From assembly GCF_018977255.1 (NCBI RefSeq), contig NW_024704742.1:8744001-8808000 (forward strand): a DNA stretch of 64,000 nt, read 5' to 3'. The notes under the pieces were generated by a model, which saw nothing but the letters and a program-made list of their open reading frames with translations, ran no database searches and was not told the DNA's origin. Below are positions 26,601 to 36,115 of this stretch, piece after piece (position 1 is the stretch's first letter; the number at the start of each line of letters is the position of its first letter). The DNA comes from Callorhinchus milii (Eukaryota). The position numbers and the translations under genes were made by a program.

Positions 26601-28010
26601 AAATTTCCATTCTGGACCAGGCAGACCACCTTACAATGCAGAGCGGTCGCATCATCCTTGTTGTCTTGCAATACTGCGGAGAGAAAAAAATCTGCACGTG
26701 TTGAACTCTGCACAAACCACAAGATACAAGTGGCGACTTTGTCACGATCACAAAATGTAGTGACTGCACCTGTAGGTGAACACGGCGGCCAATTCACACA
26801 GAACAATGTCCCACAAACAGTTGCGAAGCCAATGACCAATTTTATTTTGGGGATTATCGGTCAGAAAACTGACAGCAATTTCCTTCTCCTTTTGAATAGT
26901 GTAACGGGATCTTTAACATCCGCCGCAATCTACACCTCCCGGAGGGCGGTCCCGACCCCGACCACGGCACAGCCCCGACCCCCGGCCTCGGCCCCGACCC
27001 CCGGCCACAGCCCCGACCCCCGGCCACAGCAACGACCCCCGGCCACAGCCCCGGCCACAGCCCCGGCCCCGGCCACAGCGCAGCACAACCACCATCACCA
27101 TTCATGGCCATCAGAGCGAATACCGATCATCGTTAATGATCAGAGGGAATATTGATCACCATTGATGATCAGAGGGAATATTGATCACCATTGATGATCA
27201 GAGGGAATATTGATCAGCATTGATGATCAGAGGGAATATTGATCACCATTGATGATCAGAGGGAATGTGATCACTGATAAGTGAAAATTTTCATTGTTTT
27301 CAGTCCACGTCACCATCTCCACACTCACCCCTCCTCCTCCTCCCCCCACCTGCCCCCCCCCCCACCTGCCCCCCCCCCGCCCCCCAACCTGCCCCCCGCC
27401 CCCCAACCTGCCCCCCCCCCCCACCTGCCCCCCTCACCCCCCCACCCCCCAACCTGCCCCCCCCACCCCCCCACCCCCAACCTGCCCCCCCACCCCCCAA
27501 ACCTGCCCCCCCACCCCCCCACCCCCCCACCTGCCCCCCCCCGGGAGCCCCCTCCTGCCTCCCCCGGGAGCCCCCTCCTGCCCCCCCCCGGGAGCCCCCT
27601 CCTGCCCCCCCCCTCCTGCCCCCCCCCCCCGGGAGCCCCCCTCCTGCCCCCCCCCCGGGAGCCCCCTACTCCTGCCCCCCCCCGGGAGCCCCCCTCCTGC
27701 CCCCCCCCGGGAGCCCCCTCCTGCCCCCCCCCCCCCGGGAGCCCCCCTCCTGCCCCCCCCCCCCGGGAGCCCCCTCCTGCCCCCCCCCCCGGGAGCCCCC
27801 TCCTGCCCCCCCCCCCCCCGGGAGCCCCCCTCCTGCCCCCCCCCGGGAGCCCCCCTCCCCCGGGAGCCCCCCTCCTGCCCCCCCCCGGGAGCCCCCGGCG
27901 CTGCCCTTACTCTTGCTCAGTGATCTCAGGGCTCGGCTGTAATCCCCGCTTTGGCCGCAGCGGTTCACCTCAGTCCACAGCGCCGTCACAGTCCCCCCAC
28001 CGCTCGCCAT
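2518..28010 (-). CDS. SRP72: Signal recognition particle subunit SRP72, complete 19-exon gene (1995 nt CDS, 664 aa)
   Basis: Manually spliced exons give an uninterrupted frame [24 protein letters not shown]...[12 protein letters not shown]...[29 protein letters not shown]...[10 protein letters not shown], matching vertebrate SRP72 (TPR region plus [11 protein letters not shown]-binding motif). All introns are GT-AG with consistent phases. Confidence 0.98.
2699..3039 (-). mobile_element. tRNA-SINE, same family
   Basis: Complete head-to-tail copy ending ~15 nt before the SRP72 last-exon acceptor. Confidence 0.88.
4024..4494. repeat. Long imperfect inverted repeat in SRP72 intron 18
   Basis: Paired blocks 4024-4052/4466-4494 (26/29), 4090-4101/4425-4436 (12/12), 4129-4143/4397-4411 (15/15), 4146-4180/4352-4386 (31/35). 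Confidence 0.92.
4686..4845 (-). CDS. SRP72: SRP72 exon 18 (SRP RNA-binding motif)
   Basis: [53 protein letters not shown]; 160 nt. Confidence 0.97.
5390..5685 (-). mobile_element. tRNA-SINE, same family (partial)
   Basis: ggttcgattcc B box, ggaacccggttgtcagttgat body. Confidence 0.8.
6252..6289 (-). CDS. SRP72: SRP72 exon 17
   Basis: [12 protein letters not shown] lysine cluster; 38 nt. Confidence 0.93.
6943..7080 (-). CDS. SRP72: SRP72 exon 16
   Basis: [45 protein letters not shown]; 138 nt. Confidence 0.96.
7275..7352 (-). CDS. SRP72: SRP72 exon 15
   Basis: [25 protein letters not shown]; 78 nt. Confidence 0.96.
7500..8012 (+). mobile_element. L2 3' fragment
   Basis: Similar to the L2 C-terminus and 3' UTR; ends ggcgctatataaatgcaggttgttgttg. 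Confidence 0.75.
8293..8396 (-). CDS. SRP72: SRP72 exon 14
   Basis: [34 protein letters not shown]; 104 nt. Confidence 0.96.
8870..9210 (-). mobile_element. DeuSINE (SacSINE1-like) element; related fragments at ~23480-23775 and ~26750-26925
   Basis: tRNA-like head gcctggctcagttggtagcactct, then tggatgttaaagaccccacggcactattcgaa..gggagtttctc, resembling the Deu domain as I recall it. Confidence 0.7.
9247..9342 (-). CDS. SRP72: SRP72 exon 13
   Basis: [32 protein letters not shown]; 96 nt. Confidence 0.96.
10346..10410 (-). CDS. SRP72: SRP72 exon 12
   Basis: [22 protein letters not shown]; 65 nt. Confidence 0.94.
10873..11187 (-). mobile_element. tRNA-SINE, same family
   Basis: Head and (ATT)n tail. 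Confidence 0.85.
11300..11581 (+). mobile_element. tRNA-SINE, same family
   Basis: ggttcgattcc B box; ggcgctatatcaaatgcaacgattattatt tail. Confidence 0.82.
11695..11767 (-). CDS. SRP72: SRP72 exon 11
   Basis: [24 protein letters not shown]; 73 nt. Confidence 0.94.
12369..12497 (-). CDS. SRP72: SRP72 exon 10
   Basis: [43 protein letters not shown]; 129 nt. Confidence 0.96.
12812..15846 (-). mobile_element. LINE L2-clade retrotransposon (APE endonuclease + RT ORF2, frameshifted), in SRP72 intron 9
   Basis: ALTETWL (APE); [45 protein letters not shown] (RT); [19 protein letters not shown]-terminus; (GTT)n tail at 12812-12830; ~46-bp tandem repeats in the 3' UTR (12905-13045). Confidence 0.95.
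16033..16164 (-). CDS. SRP72: SRP72 exon 9
   Basis: [44 protein letters not shown]; 132 nt. Confidence 0.96.
17848..17905 (-). CDS. SRP72: SRP72 exon 8
   Basis: [19 protein letters not shown]; 58 nt. Confidence 0.95.
18257..18381 (-). CDS. SRP72: SRP72 exon 7
   Basis: [41 protein letters not shown]; 125 nt. Confidence 0.96.
18755..19385 (-). mobile_element. CR1-clade LINE 3' fragment (also ~38846-39476)
   Basis: [44 protein letters not shown], typical CR1 ORF2 C-terminus, followed by its 3' UTR. Confidence 0.9.
19880..20275 (+). mobile_element. L2 3' fragment (also ~39970-40365)
   Basis: [16 protein letters not shown]...[12 protein letters not shown] tail. Confidence 0.8.
20888..21270 (+). 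mobile_element. tRNA-SINE, same family (also ~40979-41363)
   Basis: gggttcgattcccgg B box; body and tail. Confidence 0.85.
21585..21616 (-). CDS. SRP72: SRP72 exon 6
   Basis: [11 protein letters not shown]; 32 nt; TTTCAG/GTGAGT. Confidence 0.93.
21688..22138 (+). mobile_element. L2 3' fragment (also ~41780-42232)
   Basis: [27 protein letters not shown] tail. Confidence 0.82.
22169..22280 (-). CDS. SRP72: SRP72 exon 5
   Basis: [37 protein letters not shown]; 112 nt. Confidence 0.96.
23163..23306 (-). CDS. SRP72: SRP72 exon 4
   Basis: [48 protein letters not shown]; 144 nt. Confidence 0.96.
24868..24991 (-). CDS. SRP72: SRP72 exon 3
   Basis: [41 protein letters not shown]; 124 nt. Confidence 0.96.
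26553..26673 (-). CDS. SRP72: SRP72 exon 2
   Basis: [40 protein letters not shown]; 121 nt; CAG/GTGAG. Confidence 0.96.
26945..27080 (+). repeat. GC-rich minisatellite (ccccggccacag / ccccgac units); longer in copy B (~47045-47260)
   Basis: Direct reading. Confidence 0.9.
27138..27278 (+). repeat. 29-bp VNTR gatcagagggaatattgatcaccattgat (4 units plus a partial; 9 plus a partial at 47318-47603)
   Basis: Unit starts at 27138, 27167, 27196, 27225 and 27254. Confidence 0.95.
27328..27897 (+). repeat. C-rich minisatellite (ccc..gggagccccc.tcctg) in SRP72 intron 1; also ~47653-48035
   Basis: Direct reading; G-rich on the transcribed sense strand. Confidence 0.95.
27911..28010 (-). CDS. SRP72: SRP72 exon 1 (coding part)
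   Basis: ATG at 28010; [33 protein letters not shown]; donor GTAAGG; 100 nt. Confidence 0.95.
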
Positions 28011-28045
28011 CCCCGGCCTCCACCTGAGCCCGAGACAAGGCCTGA

Positions 28046-28340
28046 GCCCCAGCGCCGCCCACAGCGCCCCCTACAGCCCAGCGCCGCCCACAGCCCAGCG
28101 CCGCCCACAGCGCCGCCCACAGCCCAGCGCCGCCCACAGCGCCCCCTACAGCCCAGCGCCGCCCACAGCGCCCCCTACAGCCCAGCGCCGCCCACAGCGC
28201 CCCCTACAGCCCAGCGCCGCCCACAGCCCAGCGCCGCCCACAGCGCCGCCCACAGCCCAGCGCCCCCTACAGCCCAGCGCCGCCCACAGCGCCCCCTACA
28301 GCCCAGCGCCGCCCACAGCGCCCCCTACAGCCCAGCGCCA
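28046..28340 (+). repeat. CpG-rich minisatellite (cagcccagcgccgcccacagcgccccctac) immediately upstream of the SRP72 ATG; also ~48183-48481
   Basis: Direct reading. Confidence 0.95.
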
Positions 28341-29318
28341 CCTGTCTGTCGGTGTCTGTCGGTGTGTGTCTGGGTGTCTGTCAGTGTGTGTCTGGGTGTG
28401 TGTCGGTGTGTGTCTGGGTGTCTGTCGGTGTCTGTCCGTGTGTGTCTGTCGGTGTGTGTCTGGGTGTCTGTCGGTGTGTGTCTGGGTGTCTGTCGGTGTG
28501 TGTCTGGGTGTGTGTCGGTGTGTGTCTGGGTGTCTGTCGGTGTCTGTCCGTGTGTGTCTGTCGGTGTGTGTCTGGGTGTCTGTCGGTGTGTGTCTGGGTG
28601 TGTGTCGGTGTGTGTCTGGGTGTCTGTCGGTGTCTGTCGGTGTGTGTCTGGGTGTCTGTCGGTGTGTGTCTGGGTGTGTGTCGGTGTGTGTCTGGGTGTC
28701 TGTCGGTGTGTGTCGGTGTGTGTCGGTGTGTGTCTGGGTGTGTGTCTGGGTGTCTGTCGGTGTGCGTCTGTCGGTGTGTGTCTGGGTGTCTGTCGGTGTG
28801 CGTCTGTCGGTGTGTGTCTGGGTGTCTGTCGGTGTGTGTCTGGCTGGGTGTCTGGGTGTCTGTCGGTGTGTGTCTGGGTGTCTGTCGGTGTGCGTCTGGG
28901 TGTCTGTCGGTGTGTGTCTGGCTGGGTGTCTGGGCGTCTGTCGGTGTGTGTCTGGGTGTCTTTCGGTGTGTGTCTGGGTGTCTGTCGGTGTGTGTCTGGG
29001 TGTCTGTCGGTGTGTGTCTGGGTGTCTTTCGGTGTGTGTCTGGGTGTCTGTCGGTGTGTGTCTGGGTGTCTGTCGGTGTGTGTCTGGGTGTCTGTCGGTG
29101 TGTGTCTGGCTGGGTGTCTGGGTGTGTGTCGGTGTGTGTCTGGCTGGGTGTCTGGGTGTGTGTCGGTGTGTGTCTGGCTGGGTGTCTGGGTGTGTGTCGG
29201 TGTGTGTCTGGCTGGGTGTCTGGGTGTGTGTCGGTGTGTGTCTGGCTGGGTGTCTGGGTGTGTGTCGGTGTGTGTCTGGCTGGGTGTCTGGGTGTCTGTC
29301 GGTGTGTGTCTGGGTGTG
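28341..29318 (+). repeat. GT-rich minisatellite (gtgtctgtcggtgtgtgtctgg variants); also ~48482-49490
   Basis: Direct reading. Confidence 0.95.
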
Positions 29319-29442
29319 AATTTACATTTAGACCCGGTGACCCTCCAGGTTAAAGGTGATCCAATCCTTCCTCCGGGAGAGAATGGTGACGGTTGTATGT
29401 TGTTATCTGCCCTCCTCCTCTGCCGCGGTGTCTCTGAGTCTA

Positions 29443-29737
29443 TAATAATAATAATCTTTGCATTTGACATAGTGTTTTTCACATCTTCTCGACATCTCAA
29501 AGCGCTTCACTGAATAGACTATAAAGTGAATCGACTGTATATTTGTGGGCGAAACGCAGCGGCCAATTGCGCACAGTCGTGGATTAAAAATGACCAACTT
29601 TATTATTATTGAGTTTTTTTGAGGGATTATTATCAGGAGTGTGGAGTAAGGAAACTTGCCCAATGTTTCGCCCTGACCTGCCGGGAATCGAACCCAGGTC
29701 TCTCGCTCACGAGGCGAGTGCTGTCACCACTGAGTCA
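29443..29737 (-). mobile_element. tRNA-SINE, same family (also ~49615-49909)
   Basis: gggttcgattcccgg B box on - strand; (ATT)n tail. Confidence 0.85.
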
Positions 29738-30519
29738 ACATGCTATCGATATCTTGGCCACATTTATTCAGGTATTCATTGAAACCCCTCGAAGTAGTCA
29801 CCGAGCGACTTTTCCAGGGAATGACCAGGAATCAGGAGTTCGCTGTGTATAAATTATGCATAATTATGAATTATAATAATTATGACTAAGTGAATAATCT
29901 TACTTAAAAGACCGTGTCTCTTACACAGACACAGTCTCGGAGGAGTTTTTCTCTCTCTGTCCCGGTATAAAATGGCAGCTGTCTCTCTCCTTCACGTGAC
30001 ACAAATTTTTCCTGTCGTGCGGCCACCCTGACTCCCTCCTACTGCGGCGGCGCCAACCCCTCATCGGGTGGCACCAGTGGTTTTACTGACCAGTTGATAC
30101 TGGTCGTTTCTTTGCAACAAATTCTCTTACACAGCAACCAGCCCACCCGAGATGAGAAGGGTGGGCTGTCTCAGCCGCTCTCTTTCATCAGCTTACATTC
30201 CCCGGAAATGAGCTCCGCCAATCGACTGACAACCGGGTTCCTACTTACTGCCGAGTAAACAGGCGTGTGGATCAGGAAACTTGCCCAATGTTTTGTCCTG
30301 CCCAGGAATCAAACCCAGGTCCTCTCGCTTGCGAGGTGGGCGCTCTAACCACTGAGCTACAGCCCTCCACATATATATTACTAGTTGGACCTGTTGCAGC
30401 TTCACCAGACATTTCATCTTTATCTCATCTGGGAAGACTCAGCGCTTTAAAAATGTTATTTTATTGTTGCCGCGGCTTAGTTTCATCTAATTTCTTTCCC
30501 TCAAAATTCTCCTCATTTC

Positions 30520-31915
30520 CTGCCCCCCCCAACCTCCCTCAGCTTCATCTCTGACATCTCCATCCTCCTAGCTTCCCTCTGCCTCTGTTCTGAACGCCTC
30601 CTCATCCTCGGTGACTTGAACCTTCACTTCACCCCCTCCGGCTCTTTCTCCTCTGACTCTTCCTCCTCTACTCTCACAATCTCTCCCTCCACATCCATTC
30701 TGACACCCATGTTCATGGTCACCCACTCGACTTCGTGATTACCCGTGATTATTTCGAGATAACTCCTCAATCCCTCTCCCACCGCCACCCAATCTACCTC
30801 CATCTCCCACTTCCATCACCCCTGGAAAAAATCTCCCCGGAATCCCTCACCACTGCACTGGAGTCATATGAACTCCTCCCCCACTGGTCTACCTCCTGCA
30901 CTGATTTATCCTCCTCGTTCACTCTCCTCCACAAATCCCTCTCCATTACTCTTGATGCCCTTGCCCCACTCACCTCCCAAACCGCTTCCTACTCACAAAC
31001 CTCACCCTGGTACACCAGCCACCTCCACTCCCTCAAGGGTCAGGTGTGGGCCACTGAACGCACCTGGCTCAAATCTGACCTAACGGTCCACCGGCAGACC
31101 TGGCTGGACCCCATCAAAATGTACCACTCCGCCCTCGCCTCCACCAAATCATCCTTCTACTCCAAGATAATCTTGGAGGTGAAGGACAACCCAGGCTCCT
31201 ATTCTCCACCACCAACCGGCTCCTTCATTCAACCTCCCACGCCTCGCCCGTTCTCTCCTCAAACTCCGACTGTGAGGAGATGCTGGATTTCCTTGAGTCC
31301 AAAATCGAGTGGGATCCATTCGGCTGCCTCCGCCCTCCCAACCACCACTTCCTTCCCTTTTCCCCACCACACTCTAACCCTACCCATCCCTTCCTCCACA
31401 TCTTCGAACCTGTATCCTCCTCTCACCACCACGATATCCAGTATGAAATACACCACCTGTTCCCTTAGTCCCATCCCCTCCCCTCTCCTCACCTCCTAGC
31501 TCCACCTCCTCACCCCTCTACTCTCCGACCCCATCAATCTCTCCCTATCATCTGGTACCGTGCCCATCCCCCTAAAAAACAGCGAAAAACAACCCCATCC
31601 TGAAAAACCTTCTCTAGACCCATTCCTGCTTTCTAACTACCAGCCCCTGTCCAACCTCCCTCTTCTTTCCAAGGTCCTTGAAAGAGTCATTGCTTCCCAG
31701 CTTCACTTCTTCCTCTTCTACCACTCCCTTCACAAGCCCCTCCGTGCTCACAGCACGGAAACTGCTCTGGTCAAGGACACAAATGACATTCTGTCCATCT
31801 GTGACCAGGGCTCCCTCTGCCTCCTCATCCTCCTTGAACTCTCTACCACCTTCGATACCGTGGACCACTCCATCCTCCTCCACCACTTCTCCTCTCACCT
31901 CAACCTTCAAGGTTC
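30520..31915 (+). mobile_element. Older internal L2 fragment (endonuclease end to RT start); duplicated at ~50693-52088
   Basis: Degenerate [48 protein letters not shown] and FDTVDH motifs. Confidence 0.88.
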
Positions 31916-32694
31916 TGAATGGGAGAGAGTGGGGAGGACATTTTTCAGATTTAAATTAAAAACTTAAAAATTAGATACGTCCCCAAGACTTTTTTTTCCA
32001 CTCACAGTAGCAACAAAACCCACCCAATCGGACTGCCTTGTCTATCTGTCAGCAGATACACAAGATAGCCAGCAACTCGTCCTCAAACTACATCATTGAA
32101 CCTTAACCTTGTGACCAAACTTTAGCAATCGTCTAAACCCAATTATTATTTTTAAAGTTTCTAATTATTTCCAGCAACTTGGGACATGCTCCCGACATGA
32201 AAGGGGCTGCATAAGTCCAATTTGTTGTTGTATTAAACCAAGCACTAACCTTAACTATAAACCATAACCATAAGCCAAAGTTTCACTGTCCATTTTAATT
32301 TGAACAGATCTTACAATGTCCGTCTCAAAGTACATGAGTCTCTCAACATTGGACTTGGTCACTACTGAGGTTCAAGATGGGTGGAACATCAAGAGGTAGA
32401 TGACCCGGACTGATGAACTATTGCCAGGTTATCTAGACAAGGCAGGAGACATGAGGGAGAAGGGATTCACCTAGATCCTAGATACATGGTCACTCTAGAG
32501 TATATTGTTAGTGCTTTGAGATGTCTTCTCAACATGAGGGGCACTATATCAAATGTGAGGATTATTTAAGAGAACAGAAGGGTGTGGAAGAGGGTATAAA
32601 GAGGAGACTTGTGGAGGATGAACACCAGCCTGATTCAATGGATCGAATGGCCTGTTTCAGTCTGAGTAATTCTGTGTAGAACTGGCAGAAATGA

Positions 32695-32724
32695 NNNNNN
32701 NNNNNNNNNNNNNNNNNNNNNNNN
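32695..32724. other. Assembly gap (30 N)
   Basis: Run of N. Confidence 1.
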
Positions 32725-32794
32725 CCGAGAGGCACGAAGCGGGGACCCCTCTGGCGGAGTATAGTACAAACTCCGATCTCGTCGCAGAATGTGA

Positions 32795-35700
32795 GAAGGG
32801 AGGGAGCGAGGAGGGGAAGAGAGTCGAGAGGGGAGCTGAAGGCACGGTCAAAGAGAAAGGTTTTGAGACCGGCCTTGAAGGAGGAAAGGGAGGAAGCAAG
32901 GCGAAGGCACTGGGGATGGAGTTCCAGAGCCTGGGGCTGAGAGGCTGAAGGCCCGACCACCGATGGTAGGGCGGTTGGGGCGGGGGACGTGGAGCAGACC
33001 GGAGCCAGAGGAACGGAGGGTACGGGCAGGTAGGTAGGGGGATAGTAGGTTGGAGAGGTAGGAGGGAGCAAGGCCGTGAATGGCCTTGTAGGTGAGGATG
33101 AGGATCTTGAAATCAATCCTCTGGGGGATGGGGAGCCAGTGGAGGCGAGCGAGGGTGGGAGTGATGTGGTCCGAAGCCTGGTGCGGGACAGTACACGAGC
33201 TGCAGAGTTCTGAATGACCTGCAGCTTGTGGAGGGAGGTGGCGGGAAGGCCGGCGAGGAGAGAGTTCCCATAGTCCAGCCTTGAGGTGACAAAGGCGTGA
33301 ACCAGGGTTTCAGCAGCGTGAGGGGTGAGGTAGTGCCGTAGTCTGGCGTTCCGGAGGTGATGGAAGGCGGTGCCAGTTGTGGTGCGGATGTGAGGGAGAA
33401 AGGACAGCTCAGGGTCGAACAAAACGCCGAGGTTCCTGACTGGCTTTGAGAGGTGGAGAGTGCAGCCTTGGATGCTGATGGTGTCAGCGCCTGAGGTGCG
33501 GAGGCGCTGACGTGAGCCAATCAGGAGGGCCTCGGTTTTTCGCACGTTGAGCTGAAGAAAGTTGTCTCTCGTCCAGGACTCGATGTCGGACAGGCAGCTG
33601 TCAGGACATCGGTGGTCGTGGAGTTGAGAGTAGAGGAGGAAAGGTAGAGTTGGGTGTCATCCGCATACATGTGGAAGTTAACATGTCTGCGGATGATGTC
33701 ACCGAGGGGGAGCATATAGAGGGTGAAGAGGAGGGGACCGAGGACAGAGCCCTGAGGGACACCACATGAGACAGTACGGGGGGTGGAGGAGAAGCCATTC
33801 GTGAGACAAAGTGAAGACGGTGAGAAAGGTACGACCTAAACCATTCAAGGACAGTGCCTTGAAGGTTGAGGTGGGAGGACAAGCGGTGGAGTAGGATAGC
33901 GTGGTCGACCGTATCGAATGCTGCCGATAGGTCGAGGAGGACGAGGAGACAGAGGGAGCCCTGGTCACAGATGGTCAGGATATCATTGGTGACCTTGACC
34001 AGGGCAGTTTCTGTGCTATGGGCAGCACGGAAACCTGACTGAAGGGGTTCAAAAGAGAATGGGTGGAAAGGAAAGAGCGCAGTTGGGAGGCGACAACTCT
34101 TTCCAAGACCTTGGAGAGAAAGGGGAGGTTGGAGATGGGCCGGTAGCTTGATAGCTGCGACGCATCAAGGGAGGGTTTTTTCAGGGTGGGCGTGATGATG
34201 GCAGTTTTTAATGGAATGGGGACAGAGCCAGAGGAGAGGGACAGGTTGATGATGTCAGTGATATGTGGGGCAAGAAAGTGGAGCTGGGAGATAAGGAGTG
34301 GAGTGGGGATGGGGTCAAGGGAGCAGGTGGTTGGTTTTAGGGATAGGATGAGTTCAGTGACAGAGGGTGGGGAAACGGGTACGAAGGTGTGTAGGGGAGG
34401 ATGGGTAGGAGTCGGAGTGTGGGAGGGAAGGGGTGGGTGGTGGGTGGAAGTTGGAGGGGAAGTGACCGCGGAGCGGATTCCCTTGATCTTGGATTCAAGG
34501 AAATCCAGCATCTCCTCGCAGTGAAGGTTGGAGGAGATGACCTGCGCGGGGTGGCGGGGGGGACGGAGGAGTCGGGTTGTGGTGGAAAACAGTAGCCTGG
34601 GGTTGTTCTTCGCCTCCAGGATTATCCTGGAGTAGAAGGACGACTTGGCCGAGGCTAGAGTGGAGCGGTAAATTTTGAGGAGGTCCAGCCAGATTTGTCG
34701 GTGGACCGTTAGGCCAGATTTGACACAGGTGCGTTCAGCAGCCCGCACCTGGCTTTTCAGTGAGCGGAGGTGGGTGGTGTACCAGGGGGAGGAGCGGGAG
34801 TAGGAGACAGTGCGGGAAGTGATGGGGGCAAGAGTATCGAGTGTGGAGGAGAGGGTATTGTGGAGGAGGGAGAGAGGAGAAGAGGGGTCGGTGAGGGTTG
34901 AAGGCCAGAGGGAGAGGAGTTCAGAGGACTCCAAGGCATCGGTTAGGGATTGTGGGGGTAACTTCTTCCAAGGGCGGTAGAAGATGGTGGTGGGTCTGGT
35001 GGAGGTGGGGAGGGGGGTGGAGGTGGTGAAGGAGATGAAGTAGTGGTCAGAGATGGCCTTGTCGGTAATAGTGACATCCGAGACACTGAGGCCCCGGGTG
35101 ATCACCAAATCGAGTGGGTGGCCGTGACTGTGAGTGGGGGAGTTTATGTGTAAGGAGAGGTTGAGTGAGGAGAGCAGGGAAGAGAAGTCTGTGGAGATGG
35201 AGCAGGAGGGGTGAAGTGTAGGTTAAAGTCGCCCAGGATGATGAGGCGATCAGAGCAGAGGCAAAGAGATGTGAGGAGTGTTGAAATGTCAGAGATGAAG
35301 GTGGGAGAGGTTTTAGGGGGCCGGTAGAGGAGGAGGATTTTAAGGGAGAGGAATGAGGGGTGGGAGAGGGTGAGGTGCTCAAAGGAGGGGAAAGAGCCAG
35401 TGGAGTAGGGGGATAGGGCAAGTGGTGTCCTTGAGATAAGGGCAACACCACCGCCACGGCGGTTGGGGCGGGGGATGTGGTGGGAGGTGTAGCCGGGTGG
35501 CGTGGCCTCCGTGAGGGGGAAGGTGTCGCCTGGGGTGAGCCAGGTTTCTGTTAAGGCCATGATATCAACGTTCTCATCAAGGATGAGATCGTTGATGACC
35601 AGGGCCTTGTTGCAGAGGGAGCGGACATTTTGCAGTCCGATGTGGAGGGAGCGGTTGACAGAAGGGTGTGTGGGAGGGGAGGGGGGTCCAGGTTGTGAGG

Positions 35701-35929
35701 CAGGGGTGGGGGAATGGGGATGAGGGAGGAGAGGTTGACTCCCCGGGTCTGTGTCCGGGGTGGGTGGCGAGTGTGGTGGGGAATGGGGCAGTCGGTGTGG
35801 CTGCTGCTGGACAGCCAACGCCGAGTGCCGCGGTGCGCCCGGCGGAGGATTCCCAGGGTGGAACAGAGGGAGGTTGTGGGAGGGTCAAGTGGGGATAGAA
35901 GGCGAGAGGGACGGAGAGAGAGGAGGAGA
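32795..35929 (-). mobile_element. Duplicate copy of the same L2 element (3' end cut by the gap; retains 322 nt missing in copy A)
   Basis: ORFs 35144-35818 (LQNVRSL, ALTETWL, GGGVA, GDFN), 33975-35108 (SDH, YRPISNL) and 33521-33715 (YADD). Confidence 0.95.
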
Positions 35930-36115
35930 GACCCACAATTTTACATCTGTATAGGCTATTGCTTATCATGGTGATGGGTTTTGCCTCTGGGTTAGGTTTT
36001 GGGTTCAAGACCCACATCACAGTCTAGGTTGACACTCCAGTGTCCTTCAATAAGACATTAATTTATGTGAGAAAAACAGAGAGAGGATTCAAAGTGGCTG
36101 TAGTTGTTATTTTAC

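Larger units (their letters stand above)
13023..32694 (+). repeat. ~20-kb direct duplication, copy A
   Basis: Colinear and near-identical to 32795-52866; ends exactly at the N gap. Confidence 0.97.

Noticed and set aside
27281..29513. Long Pro-rich and Val/Cys/Gly-rich ORFs (also 47552-49685)
   Set aside because: Open in several frames on both strands because they are stop-poor minisatellites; not proteins.
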